64,000 nucleotides of DNA, taken from NCBI GenBank assembly GCA_028023455.1, contig JAQFVV010000007.1:14570001-14634000 (forward strand), in the 5' to 3' direction. The notes under the pieces were generated by a model that saw only the letters and a program-made list of their open reading frames with translations, searched no databases and was not told the DNA's origin. Each line of letters begins with the position of its first letter. Position 1 is the first letter of the stretch. This DNA is from Epiperipatus broadwayi (lineage: Eukaryota; Animalia; Onychophora). Positions 28,223-39,649 of the stretch are shown piece after piece. A program made the translations under genes and the position numbers.

Positions 28223-31210
28223 TCAACCATTATCAATCCACTGCAGGATGAAGGTCTCTCCAAGTTTAATCCATCTTCTCCGATCTTTAGCTTCTCTTCT
28301 CCACATCACCCCTACACATTTTCTTATTTCATCCATCCATCTTACATGTGGTCTCCTTCTGGGTCTTTTACAATCTCTTGGAATCCAGTTTAAAATTTCA
28401 ATTGTCCATCTATTATCATCTCTTCTAGCAATATGTCCAGCCCAACTCCACTTCAATCTTTTAATTTTTTCAATGAGGTCAGTAACACCTGTTTGTTCTC
28501 TTACCCATACATTGCGTTTTCGATCTCTTCTTGTTACTCCCAACATACATCTCTCCATACTTCTTTGAGTGGTCTGAAGTCTCTGTATTGATCTTCTATT
28601 AAGTGTCCAAGTCTCAGATCCATAAGTAAGAACTGGTAAAACACATTTGTTAAAAACCTTTCTTTTCAAACACATAGGCATATTTCCTTTTAATATCAAG
28701 TTATTTCTACCAAAAGCACTCCAACCAAGTTTAATTCTATGATTAATTTCCTCTATTATGTTTCCATCTGTATTAATAATCTGGCCAAGGTATTTGTAAC
28801 TCTTAACTTCTTCTAATTCATCATAATCAATCTTTATTTTCATATTTGGAGCAAATCGATTAAACATTACTTTAGTCTTTTTAACATTTATCTTCAGTCC
28901 TACTTTCCTACTTTCATCTGATAACTCCTGCAACATTTCCTGCAGCTCGGAAGCATTATTTGCAAAAACAACTACATCATCTGCGAAATCTAAATGACTT
29001 AAATAATCTCCATTTACTTTCACTCCTTTAGTTTCCCATTTTAATCCACAAAATACTTCTTGCAGCACTGCTGTAAAAAGTTTTGGAGATATGGAGTCAC
29101 CTTGTCTTACACCTTTCTCAATGTTGACTTTCCCAGTATCATTATGTAATCTAATTGTTGCTGTTGCATTTTTATAAATATTCTTTAAAATATGACAATA
29201 TCCTGGATCTATACCTTGATGATCCAATGCTTTAATCACTGAAGAAATGTTTATAGAATCAAATGCCTTTTCATAATCTACAAATCCAAAACATAATGAC
29301 AACTCATATTCATTTGTCCTTTCTATAACTTCTCTCAATACTTGAATATGATCTACTGTACTAAAACCACTTTTAAATCCAGCTTGTTCTCTTGGTTGGT
29401 GAAAATCCAAGGTTCTCTGTAGACGAGTTGTAATTATCTTGGTAAAAATTTTATATAAAACTGATAAAAGGCTGATAGGTCTGTAATTTCTAATATCTTC
29501 TTTATCACCTTTTTTAAATATTAATATTATTACTGCATTCTTCCAATCATCCGGTACATCTTTATCATTTAGACATTTGGTATATAACTTTGCTAATATT
29601 TTTTCTGTTTCTTCACCTGCTTCTTTTAATATATCAATTATAATTCCATCATTACCTGGAGCCTTTTCTTTTTTCATACATTTAATTGCATTTCTCACTT
29701 CTTCATTTAAAATTCTGGGCAATTCGGAAGATGTAATAGATATAGGAGGTACTTGTTCTTTATTACTATATAATTCTTGATAAAAATCTTCTACCAATTT
29801 CATAATGTCATCCCTCTTTTTAGTAATAATTCCATCTTTTTTCCTTATTGCAGATATAAATTTCCTACCAATACCAAAATGTTGTTTTACATTCTTAAGA
29901 CTTTTATTTTCTTCTACAGCTTTTCTTGCTAGTTCACAGTTATACTTTCTTATATCATTTTCAACTCTTTTCCGTACCATTTTACAAAATTCGAGATATT
30001 CAATTCTTTTTAATGCATCATTCTTGCATATCTTCATATTCCTTCTTTTCTTCATAAGTTCTCTAGTCTCAGTAGAAATTTTATTAGTCAATTGCTGCTT
30101 TTTTCTACCAGCTATCTTTGTTGCATTTTTTAAAAGTGTATCAGTTATTTTCATATTAATTTCATTCAAATCTGAATCATGTTCAAAATCTACTAATACT
30201 TGAAACCGATTTGTAAGTTCTAATTTAAATTCATTAGAATGTTTCTGAAGATTAGGAATATCAACTGTAAATATAGTTTTTCTTAATAATTTTTGTCTCT
30301 CTAGTTTTACATTAACATGTATCTTACCCCTTACTAATCGATGATCACTTCCTGTGTTAAATTTATTAAGAACATTACAATCTTGAAATATGTATTTCCT
30401 GTCAGTCAAAATATAATCCAATTCTGCTGTACCTTCATTTGGATGCTTCCATGTCCATTTCCTTCTAACATTTTTCTCAAAAAAAGAATTCATAATATAA
30501 AGTTTTTCCTTCTCTGCAAACTCCACAAGTCTATGTCCTCTCTCATTTCTATTACCATAACCAAAATTACCTACAACACTTTCATCTTTCATTTTTTTAC
30601 CAATTCTAGCATTAAAATCTCCCATAACAATTTTAAAATGTTGTTTACTCTGATCAAAAACCTTTTGTACATCCATATAAAAATCTTCTACTACTTCATC
30701 ACTGTGAGAACTTGTTGGGGCATAAACCTGAATTATCTGCATTTGATATCTGCTATTAAGTTGTATAACTAATCTTGCCACTCTGTCTGATACACCATCA
30801 ATCTCCACAATATTGTTCTTCCACTTTTTATTTATAATGAATCCTACTCCACTTGTATTTCCAATATTTGTGCCTTTATAATAGAGCATATGTCCACTTT
30901 TTAAATCAATTGTCTCTTCACCTTTTCTTCTAACTTCACAAAGTCCAATAATATCCCATTTAATATAAGAGAGCTCTTCTTCTAATTCTTGCAATCTTCC
31001 TTCACTTGAAAGTGATCTGCAGTTGTAAGTACCTAAATAAAAAGTCGGCATCAAATGGCAGCCTGGGTCCACCTCCAGGATATTCTTAGCACCCTCCGCC
31101 TTCGGCCACCAACCGCTGCCTTGGTTGGTGACTTTACAGCCTCCTGGGATTAAGGGCCATGCTTTATTTTTGTCTGTCATAATTGTATAATTGGGAAAAA
31201 TCTTTATCAT
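28223..31210 (-). CDS. RTE retrotransposon polyprotein: APE-like endonuclease plus reverse transcriptase (995 aa, uninterrupted)
   Basis: EN motifs [47 protein letters not shown] motifs [55 protein letters not shown]-terminal [10 protein letters not shown] and [12 protein letters not shown]. The true start codon is uncertain. Confidence 0.96.
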   Translation of the reverse strand: MIKIFPNYTIMTDKNKAWPLIPGGCKVTNQGSGWWPKAEGAKNILEVDPGCHLMPTFYLGTYNCRSLSSEGRLQELEEELSYIKWDIIGLCEVRRKGEETIDLKSGHMLYYKGTNIGNTSGVGFIINKKWKNNIVEIDGVSDRVARLVIQLNSRYQMQIIQVYAPTSSHSDEVVEDFYMDVQKVFDQSKQHFKIVMGDFNARIGKKMKDESVVGNFGYGNRNERGHRLVEFAEKEKLYIMNSFFEKNVRRKWTWKHPNEGTAELDYILTDRKYIFQDCNVLNKFNTGSDHRLVRGKIHVNVKLERQKLLRKTIFTVDIPNLQKHSNEFKLELTNRFQVLVDFEHDSDLNEINMKITDTLLKNATKIAGRKKQQLTNKISTETRELMKKRRNMKICKNDALKRIEYLEFCKMVRKRVENDIRKYNCELARKAVEENKSLKNVKQHFGIGRKFISAIRKKDGIITKKRDDIMKLVEDFYQELYSNKEQVPPISITSSELPRILNEEVRNAIKCMKKEKAPGNDGIIIDILKEAGEETEKILAKLYTKCLNDKDVPDDWKNAVIILIFKKGDKEDIRNYRPISLLSVLYKIFTKIITTRLQRTLDFHQPREQAGFKSGFSTVDHIQVLREVIERTNEYELSLCFGFVDYEKAFDSINISSVIKALDHQGIDPGYCHILKNIYKNATATIRLHNDTGKVNIEKGVRQGDSISPKLFTAVLQEVFCGLKWETKGVKVNGDYLSHLDFADDVVVFANNASELQEMLQELSDESRKVGLKINVKKTKVMFNRFAPNMKIKIDYDELEEVKSYKYLGQIINTDGNIIEEINHRIKLGWSAFGRNNLILKGNMPMCLKRKVFNKCVLPVLTYGSETWTLNRRSIQRLQTTQRSMERCMLGVTRRDRKRNVWVREQTGVTDLIEKIKRLKWSWAGHIARRDDNRWTIEILNWIPRDCKRPRRRPHVRWMDEIRKCVGVMWRREAKDRRRWIKLGETFILQWIDNG

Positions 31211-31336
31211 TTACACAAACATTCATTCTGCCTTATCAGGCACTGAGAAGAAAGACCATGGGGTTTCTTGATCTTAAACTCAGAGGTAAAAAGCCAATAA
31301 ACTCACCACGCTGGCTAATGCGTGTTGGTGAGCAGC

Positions 31337-31502
31337 CCATCCATGTTCGTATACTATATGAATAAACATATAGTAATAACAGCTGCAACGACAAGAACGT
31401 ATGGAGTGGACATTAGGAATTTGCCCTGCTCGGTTCCTTTAAGGCCTCCAAGAGGAATCAAAGGGTCTCCTTTCAGTTAATAGCAAACTCCTTTCTGCAG
31501 CC
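31337..31502 (-). ncRNA. HDV-like (CPEB3-type) self-cleaving ribozyme forming the element's 5' end
   Basis: P1 GGCUGCA (31502-31496) pairs with UGCAGCU (31387-31381), with the G1.U wobble. P2 CCA(C)UCCAU/AUGGAUGG. P3 ACG/CGU. L3 UUCUUGU. J1/4 GU. P4 UACUAUAUG/CAUAUAGUA. J4/2 CGAAC with the putative catalytic C at 31349. J1/2 is an 86-nt structured insert. Confidence 0.9.
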
Positions 31503-32022
31503 AAGTGTGGGATACTCATATTTAAAAATATTCTTAAACTATTTCTGAACATAAAGTGTATTCTTTTATGAAAGCTAAAGAAAATTTATTTACTTTATAT
31601 CAAGGATTGGCAAACGTTTTAACACAAAGAGCTATTTTTTACCTCCCCCCCCTCCTTCATTAAAGAGCTGCAAAAAAAAGAGATGAATATTCATGAAAAA
31701 TTCGAATTTCTGAATGGCTGTGCATATATTTGAATAGTTACTTTAGTAATAGAACATAAGAGAATCTGTATATATCCTAATGAAATTAAAAATACTTTTA
31801 AAACTAACTAAATAAAAACGAAATATTACTTTGATAGTTTGATTTATTCACAAATTTTTAATATTTAAATACTTATCATATACAATAATAAGACTAAATT
31901 CAAAAAACAATGTTATAATTTGCATTTTTCCTCTTCTAGAGTCATAACAATATTTATTCACAAATTAAAAGAGGAAATAAAAAATGTATCTATATATATC
32001 ATGATAAAAAATGCCTTTAAAG

Positions 32023-32311
32023 CAGGAAAAACTCTCCATACAATAATGCTATTCAGTGCTAGCCAGAAGTCTTGTGCATAAAATCCCTATCTAGTGCCTA
32101 TATATCCAATATTCCCAGACTGGTTTATGGCTTATGGCCTTCATCAGTGAAGATCTGAGAGCAGATCCAAGACTCCTTACTGATAAAGGTGACAAGCCAA
32201 AACTATTGGATGAATAGTCACTAGATGGGGATTTTATGCACAAGCCTTCTGGCATCCTTTGATTTCTCTGAATTGCACTGAGTGGCGCTGCTGTATGGAG
32301 AGTTTTGCCTG
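32023..32311. mobile_element. Family C insertion with ~90-bp terminal inverted arms and a mutated hammerhead core (minus strand)
   Basis: CAGGAAAAACTCTCCATAC... is mirrored by ...GTATGGAGAGTTTTGCCTG. The minus strand at 32112-32153 reads CUGAUGA A GGC-CAUAA-GCC A UAAAC CAGUC (G12 mutated to U). Flanks are CTTTAAAG and CTTTAATA. Confidence 0.7.
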
Positions 32312-32856
32312 CTTTAATAACAGTTATGAGCAAGCATAAGAAATGGGATCATGTGATGTTTTGTGATAAAAAATACCTCAGGATTTGAATCAAAGATCCA
32401 CATTTGACTCATGAGCTGCAATTTATCAACTCATTCTTTAGCATGATTCTGAAGATGAGCATTTCATTTTGATTTTTGATTATGTAGTATCAAGAATATT
32501 TGGAAATGTGTAAAAAATTACTTTTACTACATTTTAGACTATTTATATGAATAATAATGTTTCTTTAATTTTTTTTCTTTTTTACTTTCAAGTTTTATGT
32601 ATGGTCATTGTGGTAGTTTCAGCTTTCTAATACTTTGTTGTCATCACTTTCATTCCAATGATTACAGTGACAAATAACAGTCTATATTTTAATACTTTTA
32701 TTATTGGTTGTTAGAGGGTTAATTTTAAGCATTTTTAAAATGTTGAATGAAATTGAATGTGTTTTCAATGAATCAGTCATTCCATTTTAAATTACAAAAA
32801 GTATTTTTAAATACCATTAGCAAAATGTGACATATAAAAATTTAATTTTTTGTCAA

Positions 32857-32927
32857 GCATTGGTGGCCCAGCAGTTAGCATAGCTGCCTTCCCAACATCT
32901 GACCTGGGTTCACTGCCCAGTCAACGC
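32857..32927 (+). pseudogene. tRNA-Gly(TCC)-like pseudogene
   Basis: GCATTGGTGG...GTTAGCATAGCTGCCTTCC...GACCTGGGTTCACTGCCCAGTCAACGC follows the eukaryotic tRNA-Gly-TCC pattern. The anticodon stem and T-loop are disrupted. Confidence 0.7.
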
Positions 32928-35900
32928 TTTAACATATATAAAAAAAAGAAAATTCATTTTGATGCTAAAATTGTATGCAACTTTTAAAATATGTATTGCC
33001 ATTGAGGATACTTGTGTGTATAAATTTTAACTGGATCAGAAATTAGAAAATGTGTGAAATTTGACTTACAAAATTTTATCTAATCAGACTAAAAACAGAG
33101 AATGTTAAATAAAAGCATATAATAATCAAACATTTTGATGCTTAGAAGTTGAAAAGAGGTTCAAGTTTTTGAAGTGGCATAACTGTATCGTGTATTAATG
33201 CACCAAATGATGTAGGATACATGGATAATTTATTAATATTAATACATGCTTCTTATATAATAACAAAAAAGATTTAAATTATATTCTGATTTATTTTATA
33301 AAAAGAATAAAAAATAAAATGAACTCTGTGTCTAAACCCTAAATAATAAAACTTACATAAATCACTATGTTAAAGAGAGTAATTTCTATCTTTAAAAATA
33401 TTAATAGCTGAACACATTTTCAATACAATATATTAGACTTATGATAAATAACTATTAAAAAATAACTATTTAAGGATCAAAACTCCAGAGCTTGCTCACT
33501 CATACACTAATAAATCTTGACTTATAACATTATTAGAATTAACAATGTATTAAGCTTCTTTAATTCCCCCTATCATTTGAATTACTACATGTATGCCAAT
33601 CTTTTGAAGATAATAAACTTATCCAGAATTTTTTTGTAATTAAAAAACAGAATTAAATTAAGAATCAGATCTACATATTTTATACTGACAAATACCTAAA
33701 TCAAATGTATAGACAAGCAGGCCTTAATAACAGAACAACCAGTTACCTTACATGCAATAGAATACATAATGTGGGAGAGGGTAATATCATTTATTATGAT
33801 GAAACTAAGTTTTATTTGTCTATATATTTAAGGCAGCACATGTGCCAATACTCAACTTAATTCTGTTTTTTTTTAATTATGAGAAAACTTCTATACTAGA
33901 TTCTTGTTCTCTGAAAATCAGTATCATATATAGTGTATAAAATGATAGAAAAAAATGTTAAGGAATCTTGGCACATTGTTAATTTCAATAATGTTATAAA
34001 TCAAAGATTTAGTAATTGTAGAACTGAGCATGGTCTAAAATTCTGATTGTTAAATAATGTTTTGTAGCTGGCTACCATGATTTTGTATGTTGTACTGAAA
34101 GCACATTTGAATATTAATATTTTGAAAAGATAATTATTCTATTTAACACATTGATTTAACTGTAAAAAGCATATCATGTGCAACACAATAAAAATAACCT
34201 TACATTAGAATTAAAAAAATAAATCCTACATCTGGTGACTGTACAATTATAATACCTTTGCCTTCAACATTCCCATTCATCTGAAGCACTTAAATAAGAC
34301 TGGTATCTTTACATTCTAACTAATAATTTTAGGTACTCATTTGCTAACTGAAAATGAGTGATAGCTGTGGGTTGCTTTCTAAAATAACATTTTTTAACCT
34401 TTGTGTGATCTGAAGAAATATTAAAAAATTGTCTAAACTAATCTCAAACTCTAGCATGGGCAAGATAGAAGGATAGTTGAGTCAATGCACCACTATTTAT
34501 CTTGTGATTTATTGTTGAGCATTGGAAGTGACAATGTTGGATGAAGTATATGAAGCTTGAGTTTAAAAATCTGAAGGTCTACCACAGCACCAAACCATGC
34601 AGAGTATATTATTCTTTGATTACTTTGTTATAACAGCTCTACTACTTTACAGCTTTTCTTTTATATATAAATTTCATTTGTTTGCAAATTGGTTGCATAT
34701 TCTTCCAACATAATTGACAAAGTTATTATGATTTATCAAAACACTAAATTTATAAGAAACTGTATTTAATTACTTTTTAAGGTGCTTTTGAATTTTCAAG
34801 TAAACCAAGATGACAGTCTGCATTTTTGATAAATCTACAATTTCAGGAGGCTCCAAAAAATGTTTCCAAGAAAATGCCTGCTAAATATTTACACTTTAAT
34901 TTTTATTGTTGTTATTTTAAAAAAAGAAATCATAGAAAAATTAATTACAAATTTACAATTTTTTTTATTATCTTATTAACAGAAAAATGAAAAAAATAAT
35001 AGAAATACTATATTTACACTTTATTCATGTCAGTAGCATGCAATCATATTGCGACTATTAATGCATACCTTTTAGAAAGGCAGGATCCCATACTTATGGA
35101 AATAATCCACTCCATCATGTTCTGTGACAGGAAGATACCAAATTTTTATCATTATGACAATTTTACTACAAAAACTGCTAACAAAAACAAACATGTTGAG
35201 TTGAATCAAAGTATAACAATGTTAACAGCAACTATCTCATCATTCCTACATTATTATATATATATATATATGGAATAAAGTTTCTTGATGTAATTTATCA
35301 CAATTTATTTCTTTTTCAAATTTAACAGTCAATTTATTAATTTTGTTTCAATTTAACAACTGACACATCTTTGTTAGCCCTCAAAACTGTATATTTATCA
35401 AAAAATATGGGGTTTCATATTAGTTTACTTGAAATTTCACATGCATCATTTTTAATTACACCAAACAAAGCACTTTATGAATTACAACTTACATTTAACA
35501 CCCACATTATAAGTAGTAATAATCCATTTGTGCCTACTGATTACTTATACTCTTACAATAGATAGCACTAGAGTCATATGAAACACTCTCATTCCTAAAA
35601 CAATTTTTATACTGCATAAAAAGAGATGTTAAATATTGCAGCATCTGTTACAATTTAACTAAATTTAACAAATGGGTATTTTATTACTATTGTTGTTTTC
35701 TTTTACTTGATAAACTAAAAGTATAATTTAATTTTAACATGAACTTACTAGAGGTGAGTTTTATATCTCTGGCCAGAGAAAAATTTTTAAGATCCTTAGA
35801 AAAAAATTTTACTTTATGTTTAGCAATGTTTTATAAATTAAAATTTTCTAGCACTCCAAAGTCTCAAATTTTATGAAGAATCTAAACCATAAAGTTTTTG

Positions 35901-36716
35901 ATTCATTATTAATTTCAAGCTTATTTTATTTGAAATGTTTCCTAATAATTCAATGTTTTAAATATTGTGGTGTCTAATTTTAACTAAAACCTTTTATCTC
36001 CTGTTACATCTTCTGTTTGATGCATGGTTTTATTTAACATATTTTATTTTTTAGTTTGTCTAGATAAAATCTTGCACATCAAATTTTCACTCATTTTCCA
36101 ATTTCTCATTTAGATTTTTACATACATATGTTTTCTTTAAAGTCAGTATTTTTTTTTTAGATTTTGTCAGCAATTTTAGTATAAAAAATAGTGAAAATTT
36201 CAAATTTTTAATTTTATATGAGATTCAATTTAAATATGTGCAATTTTATCCAGCATTTAACTAAACATTTTTAATTGCATAAAAGCAATAAAAAAATAAT
36301 TTTCTTAAGTTTTTACACTATTCTTGGTATCATGTCACTAAAAATACAAATACAGAGTACTCATGTTTAAAAATATTCTTAATTATTCTTTACAATATAT
36401 ATATATATATTTCAAATACATAGTAAGAAAATGATTAATATATTGTATTTTTTATTTGGTAAGAAGCTTATGCTAGCTGATAGAAAATGTAACTAAGACT
36501 ACAGTATTTCCAAATATGAACCCTCCATGCATTTATTTTTGAGTACATAGTACCAAGAATAGCAAAAGATAAAGAAAATTATTTTTTTACTGTTTAGCAC
36601 ACTTATGTAAACAAAATATCTCTGCTAACCTTTATTGCTATGTAAAATTTCAAAATGTTAACAAAGAATATATATAATTAATTACTAATTACTATTTATT
36701 ATGATATATTTAGCTG

Positions 36717-37640
36717 CAACATTGAGAAGAGTGTAAGATAGGGTGACTCCATATCTCCAAAACCTTTTACAGAAGTGCTGCAAGAAGTATTTTGTAGATT
36801 AAAACGGGAAGCTAAAGGAGTGACAATAAATGGAGATTATTTAAATCATTTACATTTTGCAGATGATGTAGTTGTTTTTGCAAATAATGCTTTAGAGATG
36901 CAGGAAATGTTGCAGGAGTTATCAGATGAAAGTAGGAAAGTAGGACTAAAAATAAATATTAGAAAGGCTAAAGTAATGTTTAATGGATTTTCTCAAAATA
37001 TAAAAAATAAAGATTGATTATGATGTATTAGAAGATGTTAACAGCTACAAATATCTTGGTCAGATTATTAATACATATAGGAACATAATGAATGAAATTA
37101 ATCATAGAATTAAACTTGGTTGGAGTGCTTTTGGTAGAAATAACTTGATACTAAAAGGAAATATGCTTATATGTTTGAAAAGAAAGGTTTTTTTTTTTAA
37201 TAAAAGTGTTTTACCAGTTCTTACTTATGAATCTGAGACTGGGATACTTAATAGAATAGCAATACAGAGACTTCAGACCACTCAAAGAAGTATGGTGAGA
37301 TGCATGTTGGGAGTAACAAGAAGAGATCGAAAATGCAATATATGGGTAAGAGAACAAACAGGTGTTACTGATCTCATTGAAAAAATTAAAAGACTGAAGT
37401 GGAGTTGGGCTAGACATATTGCTAGAAGAGATGATAATAGATGGACAGCTGAAATCTTAAACTGAATTCCAAGAGATTGTAAAAGACCTAAAAAGAGACC
37501 ACATGTGAGATGGATGGATAAAATAAGAACGTTTACAGGAATGATGTGGAGAAGAGAAGCTAAAGATCAGATAAGATGGATTGAACTTGGAGAGACCTTC
37601 ATCCTACAGTGGATTGATAATGGTTGGTGATGATGATGAT
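36717..37640 (+). mobile_element. 5'-truncated RTE copy (RT end plus tail), decayed
   Basis: Homologous to the 3' ~930 nt of the full-length element (HLHFADD, KWSWARHIAR). Ends GGATTGATAATGGTTGGTGATGATGATGAT. A TSD, if any, is eroded. Confidence 0.93.
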
Positions 37641-37704
37641 TTTTCCTGCAAGTTTAGTGCAGGAATAAAAGGGAAGATTCTGGATTTCAAAGACTTATAT
37701 AATT

Positions 37705-37770
37705 GCCCTGCATGATTACTGCAGTGGTAGGATGGACAGATTCTGAGATTCAAACTTCCTGGATTGTGTT
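37705..37770 (+). repeat. Dispersed copy of the tRNA-derived unit of the 5.6-7.5 kb array
   Basis: CCCTGCATGATTACTGCAGTGGTAGGATGGACAGATTCTGAGATTCAA resembles the array unit head. Confidence 0.55.
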
Positions 37771-37779
37771 TCCATTTTA

Positions 37780-37850
37780 TGAGTTTCGGCCTTGTGGTTA
37801 GCATAGCAGCCTTCCAAGCAGCTGGACCGGGTTCGCTTCCTGGTCAACGC
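37780..37850 (+). pseudogene. tRNA-Gly(TCC)-like pseudogene
   Basis: GTGGTTAGCATAGCAGCCTTCCAAGCAGCTGGACCGGGTTCGCTTCCTGGTCAACGC. The 3' two-thirds is recognisable; the 5' acceptor strand is degenerate. Confidence 0.7.
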
Positions 37851-38959
37851 TTTGACACAGAAATAAAAAAAAGTTTTTATAAGTTTCTAAGCATTTACCC
37901 ATTCAATTATTCTTTTATATTACAAATTACTATTAATCACTTTTTTTTTAAAAAAAGAAACTTTAAATAAAAATTCCTTTACCGCAAGTACTTCGTCGTT
38001 ACAATTTTCGAAAGTATGAAATTAAAAAAAAATAAAAACTACGTTTTTATGTATTTGTGTAACATTAAAAAAAAATACTAATGGTATTTAACCATACTGA
38101 AATTTAATTTCGTTTATGGCCTTCAATATATTTTTTTCTAGACTTAAAAATAATTGAGTTTTTTCTTACTAAATTAAAATAACACTTTGAAAAATGCATG
38201 ATTGAAAATGAACTCAACTAAATTATATTAAATTGTTTTTTTTTTTACAAGTCTAAGAAATGTTTGCGAGTATGCGGGGAATGTTTATTGTGGAAACTTG
38301 TTTATACGTATAGGAATGTGAAGGAAAAATGAAAATTTGTTTTCACATATTACGTGAAACATCACTGTAACAAGAGATTATTGTTTGTGAAAGTTTTCAA
38401 GATTGATTAACAGGAAGAACCAGTTAATATGTATGTACTGTATATACAAGGGTTTTTTTCATGTTTGTCTGAAAGTTTGGGTTAATGTCCATTTATTATA
38501 ACTTTGTAATAAACTATTTCCATCATTTACCTAAATGATTTTAAAACAATTTAAACTATTTATTTTTCAATTACATCACTGTCAGTAATTGAACCGATGT
38601 TAGTATATTACACCCAACTGGCATTCTCCGCTCTTCAGGTCATAACACTAAAAGCAAGGGACGTGAACTAGTAATAAACTCTTATTGACTATAATATCAT
38701 TTTAAATTTAATATTTATGAATTTAAATCTCACAATTTTATTCCCATGCTAGTACTATTACTAGATAGACAAACAACCACACAAAGAAAGGATAAGAATA
38801 AGAATATATGAAACAATGTGTTATATACTAACGTGCGGATTATTAGTTACTCTTGAATGTAAAGTTTCACTTATTTAAAAAAAACAAAAACATTTTATTG
38901 TCGTTGATGTTATGAATTAATTTACTAATAAAAACTTTCATTAAATATTAAAACTTAAC

Positions 38960-39330
38960 AAAGAGGTTCCAATTCTTACTTATAAGTCTGAGCTGTGAAC
39001 ACTTAACAGAGGAATAATGCAGAGACTTTAGACCTCTCAAAAACAAACATACATATATCACTGATATCATTGAAAGAAATAAAACTGAAATGGAATTGGA
39101 CTGAACATATCACTGGAAAAGAATATACTAGCTGGTCAGTTGATTTTTTAAATTCAGTGTAAAAGACCTAGAAAAAGACCAGCTGTGGGATAGATAAATG
39201 AAATAACAATGACTGCTAATGCGATGTGGAAAAAAAGATGCTAGGAATCGGAAAAAGTGAATTAAACTTGGACGACCTTCATCCTATTGTGAATTAATTA
39301 TGACTAAAAATAATAATAATGATGGTGATT
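38960..39330 (+). mobile_element. Old RTE 3'-end fragment
   Basis: Degenerate matches to the PVLTY...TLNR, LKW.W..HI, KRPRKRP and ACCTTCATCCTA 3' end of the RTE. Confidence 0.7.
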
Positions 39331-39649
39331 TATTAACCATTGTGATTTATCACTTGAAAATAATAAAGTTGTATGCTTCTGCCGTGTAAGAGAATTACAA
39401 TTAAATTATTATATCCATGCATAAATATTTTTTGTATTATTAAGACTTGCCTTCATTATTTATTTATAACCGTAATCCAGTTTTATCATTATTCTGTATG
39501 CATATATCTTTATTGGAAAAGGCAAGGCCAGCTCTTTTTGATTTGGAAAAAAAAAATCAGCTGTTTGCTATGAACAATGCTTGTTGTTAAATTATGCGTA
39601 TTTTCATTTAGCTACTTAAACAATAACCTAATTATGTTTGACTGTCTGC

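Larger units (their letters stand above)
28206..31502 (-). mobile_element. Full-length RTE-clade non-LTR retrotransposon (3297 bp) with 11-bp TSD
   Basis: AAGTGTGGGAT at 28195-28205 and 31503-31513; single EN-RT ORF; (TGA)n-type tail directly after the stop codon; ribozyme at the 5' end. Confidence 0.97.

Noticed and set aside
28088-30772. Plus-strand ORFs overlapping the RTE (e.g. 28173-28568, 29805-30203, 30341-30772)
   Set aside because: Antisense shadows of the RTE ORF with no independent motifs.
32015-32319. hAT MITE call based on CAGG ends and flanks CTTTAAAG/CTTTAATA
   Set aside because: Only 6/8 match, the first 8-mer is itself palindromic, other family copies lack paired ends, and the interior holds a hammerhead core. 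Not fully excluded.
36708-37651. TSD for the truncated RTE (ATTTAGCTGCAA versus TTTTTCCTGCAA)
   Set aside because: Only 9/12 identity in AT-rich DNA; may be eroded but is not demonstrable.
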